56,364 nucleotides of DNA from an uncultured Gammaproteobacteria bacterium (lineage in GTDB: Bacteria; Pseudomonadota; Gammaproteobacteria; GCA-001735895): positions 1-56,364 of the forward strand of contig CAYZQE010000003.1 of NCBI GenBank assembly GCA_964480635.1, in the 5' to 3' direction. Under the pieces are notes generated by a model. It saw nothing but the letters and a program-made list of their open reading frames with translations. It was not told where the DNA came from and did not search any database. A program made the position numbers and the translations under genes. Shown here piece by piece: positions 19,206 through 28,457 of this stretch. Numbering within the stretch: the first letter of the stretch is position 1; each line of letters starts with the position of its first letter.

Positions 19206-19977
19206 AATTTTATTATTGATGACCGCCTTTAGTATTCCTGTCTTGGCTTATGCAAGCGAGGCAGAAGATAAAGGCCTTAAAATTGCGCAAGAGGCTAAAG
19301 CCTATGATAAAGGTTTTGGTGACTTTACAGCCAATATGAAAATGACCTTAAACAGCAAAAATGGCGATGTCTCGGTTCGTAACATTCGTATAAAAACCTT
19401 AGAAGTTGATGGTGACGGTGATAAAAGCATGTCCATTTTTGATCAACCTGCTGATGTTAAGGGTACTGCGATGTTAACGTGGTCACATGGTTTAAAAGCC
19501 GATGACCAGTGGCTGTATTTACCGGCGTTAAAGCGCGTGAAACGTATTAATTCACGTAATAAATCAGGGCCTTTTATGGGCAGTGAGTTTGCTTTTGAAG
19601 ACTTGGGCTCACAAGAGATTGAGAAATATCACTATAAATATTTAGGGGATGAAGCATGTGGCGATTGGCAGTGCTATAAAGTTGAACGTAAGCCCGCTTA
19701 TAAATATTCGGGTTATACCAAGCAAATTTCGTGGATAGATAAAGATGCTTATCGTTTAGTGAAAGTCGATTTTTATGATCGAAAAAGTGAAAAATTAAAA
19801 ACCTTAAAAGCCGAGGATTTTAAGCAATATCTTGGGCATTATTATCGTCCCGGTAAAATGACCATGACCAATCATTTAAATGGCAAAGTCACGGTGCTTG
19901 AATGGAGCGATTATGTGTTTAAAACAGGGTTAACTGATCGTGATTTTAAACCTCAAACGTTGAAGCGTTTGCGTTAA
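19198..19977 (+). CDS. Outer-membrane lipoprotein-sorting (LolA-like) protein
   Basis: Signal peptide; PADVKGTAML, DDQWLYLPALKRVKRI, FMGSEFAFEDL. Confidence 0.85.
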   Translation: MLKILLLMTAFSIPVLAYASEAEDKGLKIAQEAKAYDKGFGDFTANMKMTLNSKNGDVSVRNIRIKTLEVDGDGDKSMSIFDQPADVKGTAMLTWSHGLKADDQWLYLPALKRVKRINSRNKSGPFMGSEFAFEDLGSQEIEKYHYKYLGDEACGDWQCYKVERKPAYKYSGYTKQISWIDKDAYRLVKVDFYDRKSEKLKTLKAEDFKQYLGHYYRPGKMTMTNHLNGKVTVLEWSDYVFKTGLTDRDFKPQTLKRLR

Positions 19978-19994
19978 TTGACATTATTCGCAAG

Positions 19995-21167
19995 ATGAAA
20001 AAAACACTTATTATTTTTTTCTTTTTAAGTTTTTCAGTAAAGGCAGAACTTAGCGGCTTTATAACCTTGCAAACACTAAATTTTACTGAGAATGCATTAG
20101 CTGATAATCAGCTTAATAACGATGCGTCAATATCAATTCAAACACGCTATACCAAGGACTGGAATAAAGGCAACGATATTTTTACAGCTGACGTTTTTGG
20201 TCGTATGGGAAGCCAAGATGATGAGAAAAATCATACCGATATACGCGAGTTAACTTGGTTGCACGTAGCGAATGATTATGAGTGGCGCTTAGGCATTAAT
20301 ACTATTTTTTGGGGAGTGACCGAATCTCAAAATTTAGTCGATATTATTAACCAAAAAGATGCGGTAGAAGGCATTGATAATGAAAAAAAATTAGGCCAGC
20401 CCATGTTACATCTCACCGCTGTAAAGGACTGGGGAGTCATTGAAGGCTTTGTATTATTGGGCTTTAGAGAGCGTACTTTTGCGGGCGAGGAAGGCAGGCC
20501 AAGAACGCCTTTAGTTGTTGCCACAGATGATGCTTTGTTTGAGTCAAATGACGGCGATGGGCATATTGATTTTGCTATTCGTTATAGTCATTATTATGAA
20601 GAGTTAGAGTATGCCCTTTCATGGTTTAAAGGGACGCAGCGTGAGCCTGCTTTAAAAGCAGCTATGATAGATGGCGATTTGGTTTTACAGCCATATTACG
20701 CGCAAATTAGCCAAATAGGTATAGAGGCTCAAACCATTATAGAGGCATGGCTATGGAAGTTTGAAGGCATCGCTGTCGATAGTGACGAGGATGATTATTC
20801 AGCCATTACAACTGGGTTCGAATATAGTTTTTACGGTGTGTTAGATAGCTCAACAGATATCGGTACTATTGTAGAGTACTTATATGATAGCCGCGGTGGC
20901 GATGCTCCCACACCGTTTAATCGAGATTTATTTTTAGGCGCACGCGTTACTTTTAATGACATTCAAAGTAGCAGTATTTTAGCGGGTATGATTATCGATA
21001 CGGTTAATCATACGCGTTTAGTAAGGGTTGAAGTTGAGCGTCGATTAGGCGATCAATTTAAATTTAATGCAGAAGTTTTGCTCTATGGTAATATTGATAA
21101 TAATGATATTTTAAATGCTTTTAGACAGGATAATGCATTAAAAATGGAATTAACGGTGTATTTTTAA
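19995..21167 (+). CDS. Putative outer-membrane beta-barrel protein
   Basis: Signal peptide, amphipathic strands, IFWGVTES..LVDIINQ, C-terminal aromatic VYF. Confidence 0.65.
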   Translation: MKKTLIIFFFLSFSVKAELSGFITLQTLNFTENALADNQLNNDASISIQTRYTKDWNKGNDIFTADVFGRMGSQDDEKNHTDIRELTWLHVANDYEWRLGINTIFWGVTESQNLVDIINQKDAVEGIDNEKKLGQPMLHLTAVKDWGVIEGFVLLGFRERTFAGEEGRPRTPLVVATDDALFESNDGDGHIDFAIRYSHYYEELEYALSWFKGTQREPALKAAMIDGDLVLQPYYAQISQIGIEAQTIIEAWLWKFEGIAVDSDEDDYSAITTGFEYSFYGVLDSSTDIGTIVEYLYDSRGGDAPTPFNRDLFLGARVTFNDIQSSSILAGMIIDTVNHTRLVRVEVERRLGDQFKFNAEVLLYGNIDNNDILNAFRQDNALKMELTVYF

Positions 21168-21184
21168 AGTGCATATTTAACGCG

Positions 21185-24019
21185 CTATTGATATTGCTCT
21201 AGTGCGTATTTAATTCGCTCAGCTTCAATTTTTAATGCCTCTAAAAAGGCGATAGTGGAGGGGATTTCACCATTTTTGGCATTCTCTTCTAACTTTTGAG
21301 CGGAAGCGGATAAGTTTAAGGCGCCCATGTTGGCGCAGCTTGATTTTAAGCTATGTGCATTACGCTGAAGTGTTTCAATATCTTGGTTTTTAAAGGCCTT
21401 TTCTAAGTCAATCATAATTGTATCGCAACTATCAGTAAAGGCAGGGATAAGCTCTGCAAAGTCTTCGCCCATGGCATCTTTTAAAACATCTAATACGGTT
21501 TTGTCAATGGGTTCGCCCATGCCAATTTCCTCTGTTGGGGTATGATAAATGCCTTCATTTTTCAATGTTTGGGGCTCTAAATAGAGCCACTTATGAAGCG
21601 CAGTAAATAGAATATCTTTGTTAAATGGCTTGGGCACAAAATCGCTCATGCCTGCGTTTAAACAACGATGACGGTCTGATTCCATTGCATTGGCAGTAAG
21701 CGCAATGATGGGGGTTTTGTTATCAGATGATTCGTCTAATGCAAGTATTTCGGCAGTGGCTTCAAAGCCATCTTTAACGGGCATTTGACAATCCATTAAA
21801 ATAACACCATATTTCCCAGGTTCAAAAAGATCAATGGCCTCTTGGCCGTTGTTGGCAACATCAATGCTAAATCCTTGCTTCTTTAGTAATGACAGAGCCA
21901 CTTTTTGATTAATGAGATTGTCTTCGGCTAATAAAACTAAATTACCGCTGAAATCAAAGCTGGAGATGGCGGCTTTATTAGCTTCATCTGCAACCGTGTG
22001 GCGGGTGACAATAGAGCTATCGCTACCATGGTCAAATTCGCCTAAGACAACTTCAAGGGTTTCATGTAAAACATTGCTTAATGCTGGCTTAGTCAGGTAG
22101 CCTTTAAAGCCAATCTTTTCAAAACGCTTTGCGGCGCCTTTATCGGCCGCAGAGGAGTACAAAATCAAAGGCATTTCAGAAATTGTTTTATCTTCGTAAA
22201 TTTGTAAGCCTAATTGATAACCGTCTACATCGGGCATCAGATAATCTAAAATACAAAGCTCAATGGGCTTATCTATATTCATTTGCTTGTTCAAAATAAC
22301 CATTGCTTGTTCGTGGTCTGATGCGATATGAACTTGCATGCCAAAATGTTGGAGTTGTTTTCTTAATACGTGAAGGTTAAGGGCATGGTCATCAACTAAT
22401 AACACGCGCCTATTTTCTAAAGTTGAGTGGTGTCTGAGATCAATCTCAGTAATCTGGGGCAGCTTTAAATTAAAATAAAATTTTGAGCCTTTGCCTTCAA
22501 TGCTATCAACTTTAATGGTGCTATCCATTAAACCCAGTAATTGCTTACTTATGGTTAAGCCTAAACCCGTACCGCCATATTTTCGAGTGGTCGATGCATC
22601 GGCTTGGGTGAATGATTCGAATAAAGTTTTTTTGTATTTTTCATTAATACCAATACCGGTATCGGTGATTGAAATATCCAGTGAGGCGATATCATGGCTT
22701 ACTGTTTTAAGGTTAACTTGCAGTATAATATAACCCTTTTCAGTGAACTTAATGGCATTACCCAGTAAGTTCATAATGACTTGTCTTATGCGGCCAGCAT
22801 CACCAGAGAATTTTTTAGGGCAATCAACGGAATAATTTAAAATAAGCTCTAAACGTTTTTCAGATACTTTTGGCATGAGTAAATTACAAACATCATGGCA
22901 GGCGCGTTCTAAATCGAACTCTATGGGTTCGAGTTCCATTTTCCCCGCTTCAATTTTAGAAAAATCTAAAATGTCATTAATAATGGTTAATAACGAATTA
23001 CCTGAACGTAAAATAGTTTGCACATATTCAATTTGGTCTGCATCTAAGTTGGTATCAATGAGTATTTGTGACATCCCGAGCACGCCGTTCATGGGGGTTC
23101 TAATTTCGTGACTCATGGTGGCTAAAAATTCACTTTTAGCTTTGGCGGCGGCTTCGGCGTCATCTTTAGCTGAGGTAAGCTCTTTTTTAGCTTTGTTGCT
23201 TTCAGTGATGTCAGTCATAATGGCCGAAAAATACTGGTCAGTATCTGCTGTGGCCTCATGTTTCATAATGATTTGACTGACTTCGATAATGGTTTGTTCG
23301 TGAGTAATTAATTTAGACTCACCTGACCAAATGCTTTGCATAAAAGCGGTTGGAACCGCTTCATTGAGAACTTTGTCTAATTCATTTGCAGGTAAAAAAT
23401 CGCGTAAATTAGCGGTATATAAAGTTATGTCGTCATACCCTAAAAGGTTTTGTCCAGCATGGTTTAGGGATAATAAGGAGCCATCTAGGGTGAAGGTTGT
23501 GATGTATTCTGGGCTAGATTCAAAAATTTGATGCAGTCGATTATGTTCGTGTCTACGTTCGGCAATTTCAGAGATGTCATTAATGGAAACCAAGCAACCA
23601 GTAAAAGTTTTATCTTTATCAAATAAAGGAGATACATTAATTTCTACGCAAATAATAATGCGTTCATCAGCACCATCATGACTGAGTTTGTTTTTTACAT
23701 TAAGAGAGAATTCAGCAACATGAATGATAGTTTTTGATTCGATGCATTGAGCCACTAAATTAACTTGTTCTTTTAAGATATCAAACTCTTCTTCGAAAGA
23801 ATTTTCTGCAAAAGGATCTTCTTCATTTTCGTCGGTAAAAAAACCTTGGGATTCTGAAGCGGTCTGGCATAAGTCGATAAATTTTAAAGTGGTAATATTT
23901 AGTATTGAATCGTTTAAAATTTCAGTGGCAGCAATGTTTGCAAATGTGATTTTTTCATCCAAATCGGCGATTAATATGCCGTAGTGGAGCGAATTGAATA
24001 GGGAGTAATCGACAGTCAT
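21185..24019 (-). CDS. Unorthodox hybrid histidine kinase (PAS-PAS-HisKA-HATPase-REC-REC-Hpt)
   Basis: FLATMSHEIRTPMNG, NLLGNAIKFT, DTGIGI, GGTGLGL, two REC domains (CILDYLMP; VILMDCQMP), Hpt AHSLKSSCANMGA. Start moved to MTVDY. Confidence 0.92.
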   Translation of the reverse strand: MTVDYSLFNSLHYGILIADLDEKITFANIAATEILNDSILNITTLKFIDLCQTASESQGFFTDENEEDPFAENSFEEEFDILKEQVNLVAQCIESKTIIHVAEFSLNVKNKLSHDGADERIIICVEINVSPLFDKDKTFTGCLVSINDISEIAERRHEHNRLHQIFESSPEYITTFTLDGSLLSLNHAGQNLLGYDDITLYTANLRDFLPANELDKVLNEAVPTAFMQSIWSGESKLITHEQTIIEVSQIIMKHEATADTDQYFSAIMTDITESNKAKKELTSAKDDAEAAAKAKSEFLATMSHEIRTPMNGVLGMSQILIDTNLDADQIEYVQTILRSGNSLLTIINDILDFSKIEAGKMELEPIEFDLERACHDVCNLLMPKVSEKRLELILNYSVDCPKKFSGDAGRIRQVIMNLLGNAIKFTEKGYIILQVNLKTVSHDIASLDISITDTGIGINEKYKKTLFESFTQADASTTRKYGGTGLGLTISKQLLGLMDSTIKVDSIEGKGSKFYFNLKLPQITEIDLRHHSTLENRRVLLVDDHALNLHVLRKQLQHFGMQVHIASDHEQAMVILNKQMNIDKPIELCILDYLMPDVDGYQLGLQIYEDKTISEMPLILYSSAADKGAAKRFEKIGFKGYLTKPALSNVLHETLEVVLGEFDHGSDSSIVTRHTVADEANKAAISSFDFSGNLVLLAEDNLINQKVALSLLKKQGFSIDVANNGQEAIDLFEPGKYGVILMDCQMPVKDGFEATAEILALDESSDNKTPIIALTANAMESDRHRCLNAGMSDFVPKPFNKDILFTALHKWLYLEPQTLKNEGIYHTPTEEIGMGEPIDKTVLDVLKDAMGEDFAELIPAFTDSCDTIMIDLEKAFKNQDIETLQRNAHSLKSSCANMGALNLSASAQKLEENAKNGEIPSTIAFLEALKIEAERIKYALEQYQ

Positions 24020-24027
24020 TTTACAAG

Positions 24028-25743
24028 CTATCCATCCCAAGTGAAAACAGCTTCGGCAATGTTTCCATTGCCATAATAAGTTAGTGAATGACATAAATCT
24101 TTAATTAATACTAAGCCTCGGCCACAAAGAGCAATGGCATCAGGTTTAGCTGGTTTGTGGTTTTCAAAGTCAAAGCCGTTGCCCGAATCTTCTACACGAA
24201 TGGTCAATTCGTGTTTGTTATTATTATTATTATGCTTTAGGGAAATAGTGAAGCTAACGGAACCTGAATTTAGTGCATTTAAACATTCTTCGCGTTCTTT
24301 AAAATATTGAGCGAATCCAGAAGGGTCTGTCTTTAATGAAGAGTTTAAACCTAAAACACCGTGATCTAAGGCATTGACGTAGAGTTCAGTAATAACGGTA
24401 TATAAATTTTGCTTGTCTGATTCAATATTTTCAAGCTCTAAGAGGTTGTTGATAATAATAGGAACGGGATTAGTTGCTTTTAAGCGAGAGCCTTGGAATG
24501 AAATGGAATATTCCCATTCGCCAGAGCTATTAAATTTTTGAGGTTTGGGGTTTTCTTGTTCGTTTTTATCGACTGGAATTAAGTCCTGTGTGCAACAAAT
24601 TTCGACTAAGGTGATGTCATCTGCCTGAACGGCGCGACCACAAAATTCGTTAAGTTCAGACATGACATGATCGAATATATTTTCATTATTCGCCGTTTCT
24701 TCTATGGTTTTATAAAAGCGGTCATCACCAAAGTCTTCGCCCTCTAAGTTCCACGCTTCGGTAACACCATCCGAATTGACAATAAGTTTGTCGCCGTGAG
24801 TAATGGGTAGCACCTGAACCATTTCGTCGACATCAATATTGTCTATAATGCCGAGAGCTAAGCCTTGAGATTTAATATGAGTACGGATTAAATTGGTGCG
24901 GCCATCTATTAATAACGCATCAGGCATACCTGCGTTAATCACCTTTATATGCTTTAGGCCATGGCTGACGCTAATCAGTTGTACGCCTAAAAACATGCCC
25001 GTCGGTAAAAAGGTGCGTAGTTTTTTGTTGATGCCAACTAAAATCTCTTCTAACGAAAAGCCTTTAGACGTCATGGCTCTAAACACTTCTGATACGGGTA
25101 AGGCGCCCAGTGCAGCGGATAAGCCGTGACCAGTGAAATCGCCGAGTAGAAAATGTAAGTCTTTAGAGGGGGCGTAAGCCGATAAAATCATATCCCCACT
25201 AAAGGTACTAGCGGGCTTAATGACAGATTTTAAGCAATCATTTTTGATGTTGGCTTTTTGTACTGCATTATTAAAAACTTGCTCACCAATTTCTTGTTCG
25301 CGGTGAATCATGCTGTACATGCCTTGAACTTCTTTGTTAAGCAAAGTGATACGGCGCATAGATTCGATTTTTGAGCGTAATAAAAATTTATCGTAGGGCT
25401 TAATTAAAAAATCATCGCCACCGACATCAATGCACTTACCCAGAGCATCTTCATCGGTCATGGCGGTTAAAAAGATAATCGGTACAAACTTTTTTTGAGA
25501 TAAACCTTTAATAATTCGAGTGGCATCGTAGCCATCCATGACGGGCATCATGACATCCATAAAAATAATATCAGGGTCGTGTTCTTTAAACAGGTCTACA
25601 GCTTGCTGGCCATCGGCAGCTTCAATACTTTGGTAGCCTTGTTTTTTTAATAGTGCTCGTAATATAAGCCGATTGGTAATTTCATCGTCAACAATTAAGG
25701 CGAGTTCATTATGGTCTTTTGATAGCGGTTCTAGTACAGACAT
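24028..25743 (-). CDS. REC-SpoIIE/PP2C phosphatase-HATPase (anti-sigma kinase) fusion, HsbR-like
   Basis: IIFMDVMMP REC; FSGD, LGDFTGHG, NSDGVTEA, ADDIT phosphatase; TELYVNALDHG, EDSGNGF, CGRGL kinase. Confidence 0.88.
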   Translation of the reverse strand: MSVLEPLSKDHNELALIVDDEITNRLILRALLKKQGYQSIEAADGQQAVDLFKEHDPDIIFMDVMMPVMDGYDATRIIKGLSQKKFVPIIFLTAMTDEDALGKCIDVGGDDFLIKPYDKFLLRSKIESMRRITLLNKEVQGMYSMIHREQEIGEQVFNNAVQKANIKNDCLKSVIKPASTFSGDMILSAYAPSKDLHFLLGDFTGHGLSAALGALPVSEVFRAMTSKGFSLEEILVGINKKLRTFLPTGMFLGVQLISVSHGLKHIKVINAGMPDALLIDGRTNLIRTHIKSQGLALGIIDNIDVDEMVQVLPITHGDKLIVNSDGVTEAWNLEGEDFGDDRFYKTIEETANNENIFDHVMSELNEFCGRAVQADDITLVEICCTQDLIPVDKNEQENPKPQKFNSSGEWEYSISFQGSRLKATNPVPIIINNLLELENIESDKQNLYTVITELYVNALDHGVLGLNSSLKTDPSGFAQYFKEREECLNALNSGSVSFTISLKHNNNNNKHELTIRVEDSGNGFDFENHKPAKPDAIALCGRGLVLIKDLCHSLTYYGNGNIAEAVFTWDG

Positions 25744-25816
25744 TTGATTATTTATTTATTATCGTCTGATGATAATAGTTCAAATTTGAAAAAATGCGTG
25801 AGGGGCTGGCTAATCT

Positions 25817-26611
25817 CTAATCACTGAGCTTTACTTTTAAATACCGTTCAATGGCTCGAGCAATGGCAGCAAAACCAAAGCTGCCCGTGACAGCAATAAA
25901 CGAGCCCAAGCCGGTGGCGCAATCTAACGTTTTAGATGCTCCCATCGCTGGTTTTTCGAAACTAACACCGCCATCACTTGTTGGGTACAAAGCCTGTTGA
26001 ATGGAATAGACGCAGTCAATGCCATAACTGCGTTTAGGGTTGCGTGAATAATTAAATTGGCAGCGCAAATTTGAACGAACTTTGGCCAATAATGGATCAT
26101 TGTAGGTTTTTGTTAAATCAGAAAATTTCAACATGCTAGGGTCTGTTAAGCCCCCAGCACCACCGGTGACGATTAAAGGTATTTTATGGCCTTTACAATA
26201 GTGAATAAGACTCGTTTTATGGATGACGTGATCAATAGCATCAATGACATAGTCATATTGCTTGAAATCAAACTTATCTAAGTTAGCGTGTGAGACCAAA
26301 TCATCTATAGCTATGCATTGACAATTAGGGTTTATAAGTAAAATTCGTTGTTTCATTACCTCGACTTTACTGTGACCGCAAGTCTCTATGGTTGTATGCA
26401 CTTGGCGGTTAATGTTGCTTAGCTCAATATCATCATGGTCAATTAAGGTGATGTGGCCAATGCCTGATCGTGCAGCGGCTTCTGCGCACCATGAGCCAAC
26501 GCCGCCAATACCAACGATACAAAAATGAGCATTGTTTAAATATGGCATGGCATCTTGCCCAAAGAGGCGGCCGAGTCCGCCAAAACTGTCGTTGTATTGA
26601 TTTATTGTCAT
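25817..26611 (-). CDS. tcdA: tRNA threonylcarbamoyladenosine dehydratase
   Basis: GIGGVGSW, SNINRQ, VIDAID, GGAGG..DP, DPLLAKVR, CVYS. Confidence 0.88.
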   Translation of the reverse strand: MTINQYNDSFGGLGRLFGQDAMPYLNNAHFCIVGIGGVGSWCAEAAARSGIGHITLIDHDDIELSNINRQVHTTIETCGHSKVEVMKQRILLINPNCQCIAIDDLVSHANLDKFDFKQYDYVIDAIDHVIHKTSLIHYCKGHKIPLIVTGGAGGLTDPSMLKFSDLTKTYNDPLLAKVRSNLRCQFNYSRNPKRSYGIDCVYSIQQALYPTSDGGVSFEKPAMGASKTLDCATGLGSFIAVTGSFGFAAIARAIERYLKVKLSD

Positions 26612-26694
26612 AAAATTACTGAATTGAGGTGGACTATTTTAAAAAATAGATAATAATCGCATTATTAAAACTTCTAAAGTGACATTTTAACATC

Positions 26695-27312
26695 ATGAAC
26701 GCATCTTGCTTATTTACTGTATCTGCTCCATCAGGAGCTGGAAAAACAAGCCTTTTAAAGGCTGTTCTAAATAAATTTCCAAATAAAATAACATTATCAA
26801 TATCTCATGCCACGCGTGAAAAACGACCAGGTGAAATTGATGGGCAAGATTATCATTTTATAGAAGTCTCTGCTTTTGAGAAAAAAGTGAGCGCTGGTGA
26901 TTTTTTAGAGCATGCTCAAGTGTTCGACAATTATTATGGGACATCAAAACAAGCTGTCGAAGCATTATTAGAAAAGGACATGAATGTTATTTTGGAGATA
27001 GATTGGCAAGGCGCAGAACAAATTAAACAGGCTATGCCAGACACGATATCGGTTTTTATTTTACCGCCTAGCCGCGAAACACTCAGACAGCGCCTTAGTG
27101 ACCGAGGGCAAGATAACACGGATATTATTTTACGCCGCATGGCCGAAGCAGACAGTGAAATGTCGCATTTTGATAAAGCAGATTTCCTTATTATTAACGA
27201 TAATTTTGAACAGGCAGTAGAGGAACTGAGTTATATTCTATTAAGCCAATCCTTAACCATGCAGCGCCAAAAACTCAGGCATCATTCGTTATTATGTGAA
27301 ATTATCCGTTAA
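26695..27312 (+). CDS. gmk: Guanylate kinase
   Basis: SAPSGAGKTSL, ISHATR..RPGE.DG.DYHF, ILEIDWQGA, FILPPS. Confidence 0.96.
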   Translation: MNASCLFTVSAPSGAGKTSLLKAVLNKFPNKITLSISHATREKRPGEIDGQDYHFIEVSAFEKKVSAGDFLEHAQVFDNYYGTSKQAVEALLEKDMNVILEIDWQGAEQIKQAMPDTISVFILPPSRETLRQRLSDRGQDNTDIILRRMAEADSEMSHFDKADFLIINDNFEQAVEELSYILLSQSLTMQRQKLRHHSLLCEIIR

Positions 27313-27426
27313 TTTCCCTACCTTAATCAGTTGGCAGCAATTAGTTGAATGAGTTCATTACTAAACCATTTTTCTAGTGGGTAAATCCCTGCGGGATTGC
27401 CATCTTTAAATTGTTTAGTGAAAGCG

Positions 27427-28197
27427 TTATTTTGTAAAATAGTTTTTGAAGCCACCTTCCATGAAGTAATACTCTTTAATGCCTTTAGCTTCAATGTAAT
27501 ATTGTAACCAACGAACTTGTTTTCCTGCGGCATCATAAATAAAGAGAGGTAGATTATCTTTAAGCGCTTTATCAAATAATGCGGAGAGTTTGCTGCTTTG
27601 TTGCAACGAAATATTTTTTTGGCGGTAAGGGAATAAAGATAAAAGCCCTCTTTGAGCGGTGTCTCTAATGTCTAAAACAATACTGTCTGGCGTTATTTTT
27701 TCCTCAAACTCTTTAGGGCTCAGTAAGTGCTTTTTTAATGTTTTTTTAGAGATGATATTTAAAGGGTTCATTGGTGTTACATTGAGCATGGTTGTTTTTT
27801 CGGGGTACGCATTTGCCCAGTCAAAGACACCCGCATCATAAGCAAATATATTGCCCAAGCCTGCCTTTTTAGCCTGTAATACGGCTTTATATGATTTGAA
27901 GCACGTATGTCCATTGCAGTAAAATATAATGGGCTTACTGCCTGTTTGGAGGGCGAGGAGTTCGCCAGTAAAATTTTTGCCATTTAGTGGGATATTAATG
28001 GCTGTGTTGATATGCAGTACGTTATATTCATATTGAGAGCGCGTATCAATAATAACAACGTCATCAAATGAGTTAAATAATTGTTTGATTTCGTAAATAT
28101 TAACATTTGGGTAGATGGCTCGACCTGGGAAGTCGCTAGACTGGGCGTAAGCATGGCTAAAAAAAGTGAAAAGAATACACAGGATTATATGTTTCAT
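27427..28197 (-). CDS. Exported tandem-domain rhodanese-like protein
   Basis: Signal peptide (AYA/Q); IIDTRSQYEY and FYCNGHTC in domain 1; VLDIRD and IYDAAGKQ in domain 2; MEGGF. Confidence 0.8.
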   Translation of the reverse strand: MKHIILCILFTFFSHAYAQSSDFPGRAIYPNVNIYEIKQLFNSFDDVVIIDTRSQYEYNVLHINTAINIPLNGKNFTGELLALQTGSKPIIFYCNGHTCFKSYKAVLQAKKAGLGNIFAYDAGVFDWANAYPEKTTMLNVTPMNPLNIISKKTLKKHLLSPKEFEEKITPDSIVLDIRDTAQRGLLSLFPYRQKNISLQQSSKLSALFDKALKDNLPLFIYDAAGKQVRWLQYYIEAKGIKEYYFMEGGFKNYFTK

Positions 28198-28457
28198 AGG
28201 GTGCTCCATATTAGTTTTTTTAAGAACTGCAAGTCATTAGGGGTTTGCTATTGCGAAATACTTTGGGCGCAGCTTTAGCTTCCGTACGTCTTATTTAGAC
28301 TTAAGCCTTACTTTAGGTCAAGTGAATTTTAGAAAAGTTAATCAAATTAAATGTTTTGGGATAAGTAAAATACACAAGAAAATAAGAAAGTTGGTCAAGG
28401 TTATTAAAAAATACTAAAATACGCGGACTTACTGTTTTTACGATATGTGCAACTGTT

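Noticed and set aside
24214-24232. (TTA)n repeat encoding NNNNN in the HsbR-like gene
   Set aside because: Short in-frame run in an AT-rich genome, probably a loop; no sign of phase variation.
28198-28457. Possible oriC upstream of mnmG, as in E. coli and Vibrio
   Set aside because: AT-rich, but I found no good TTATCCACA boxes (only a weak TGGGATAA) and no GATC cluster.
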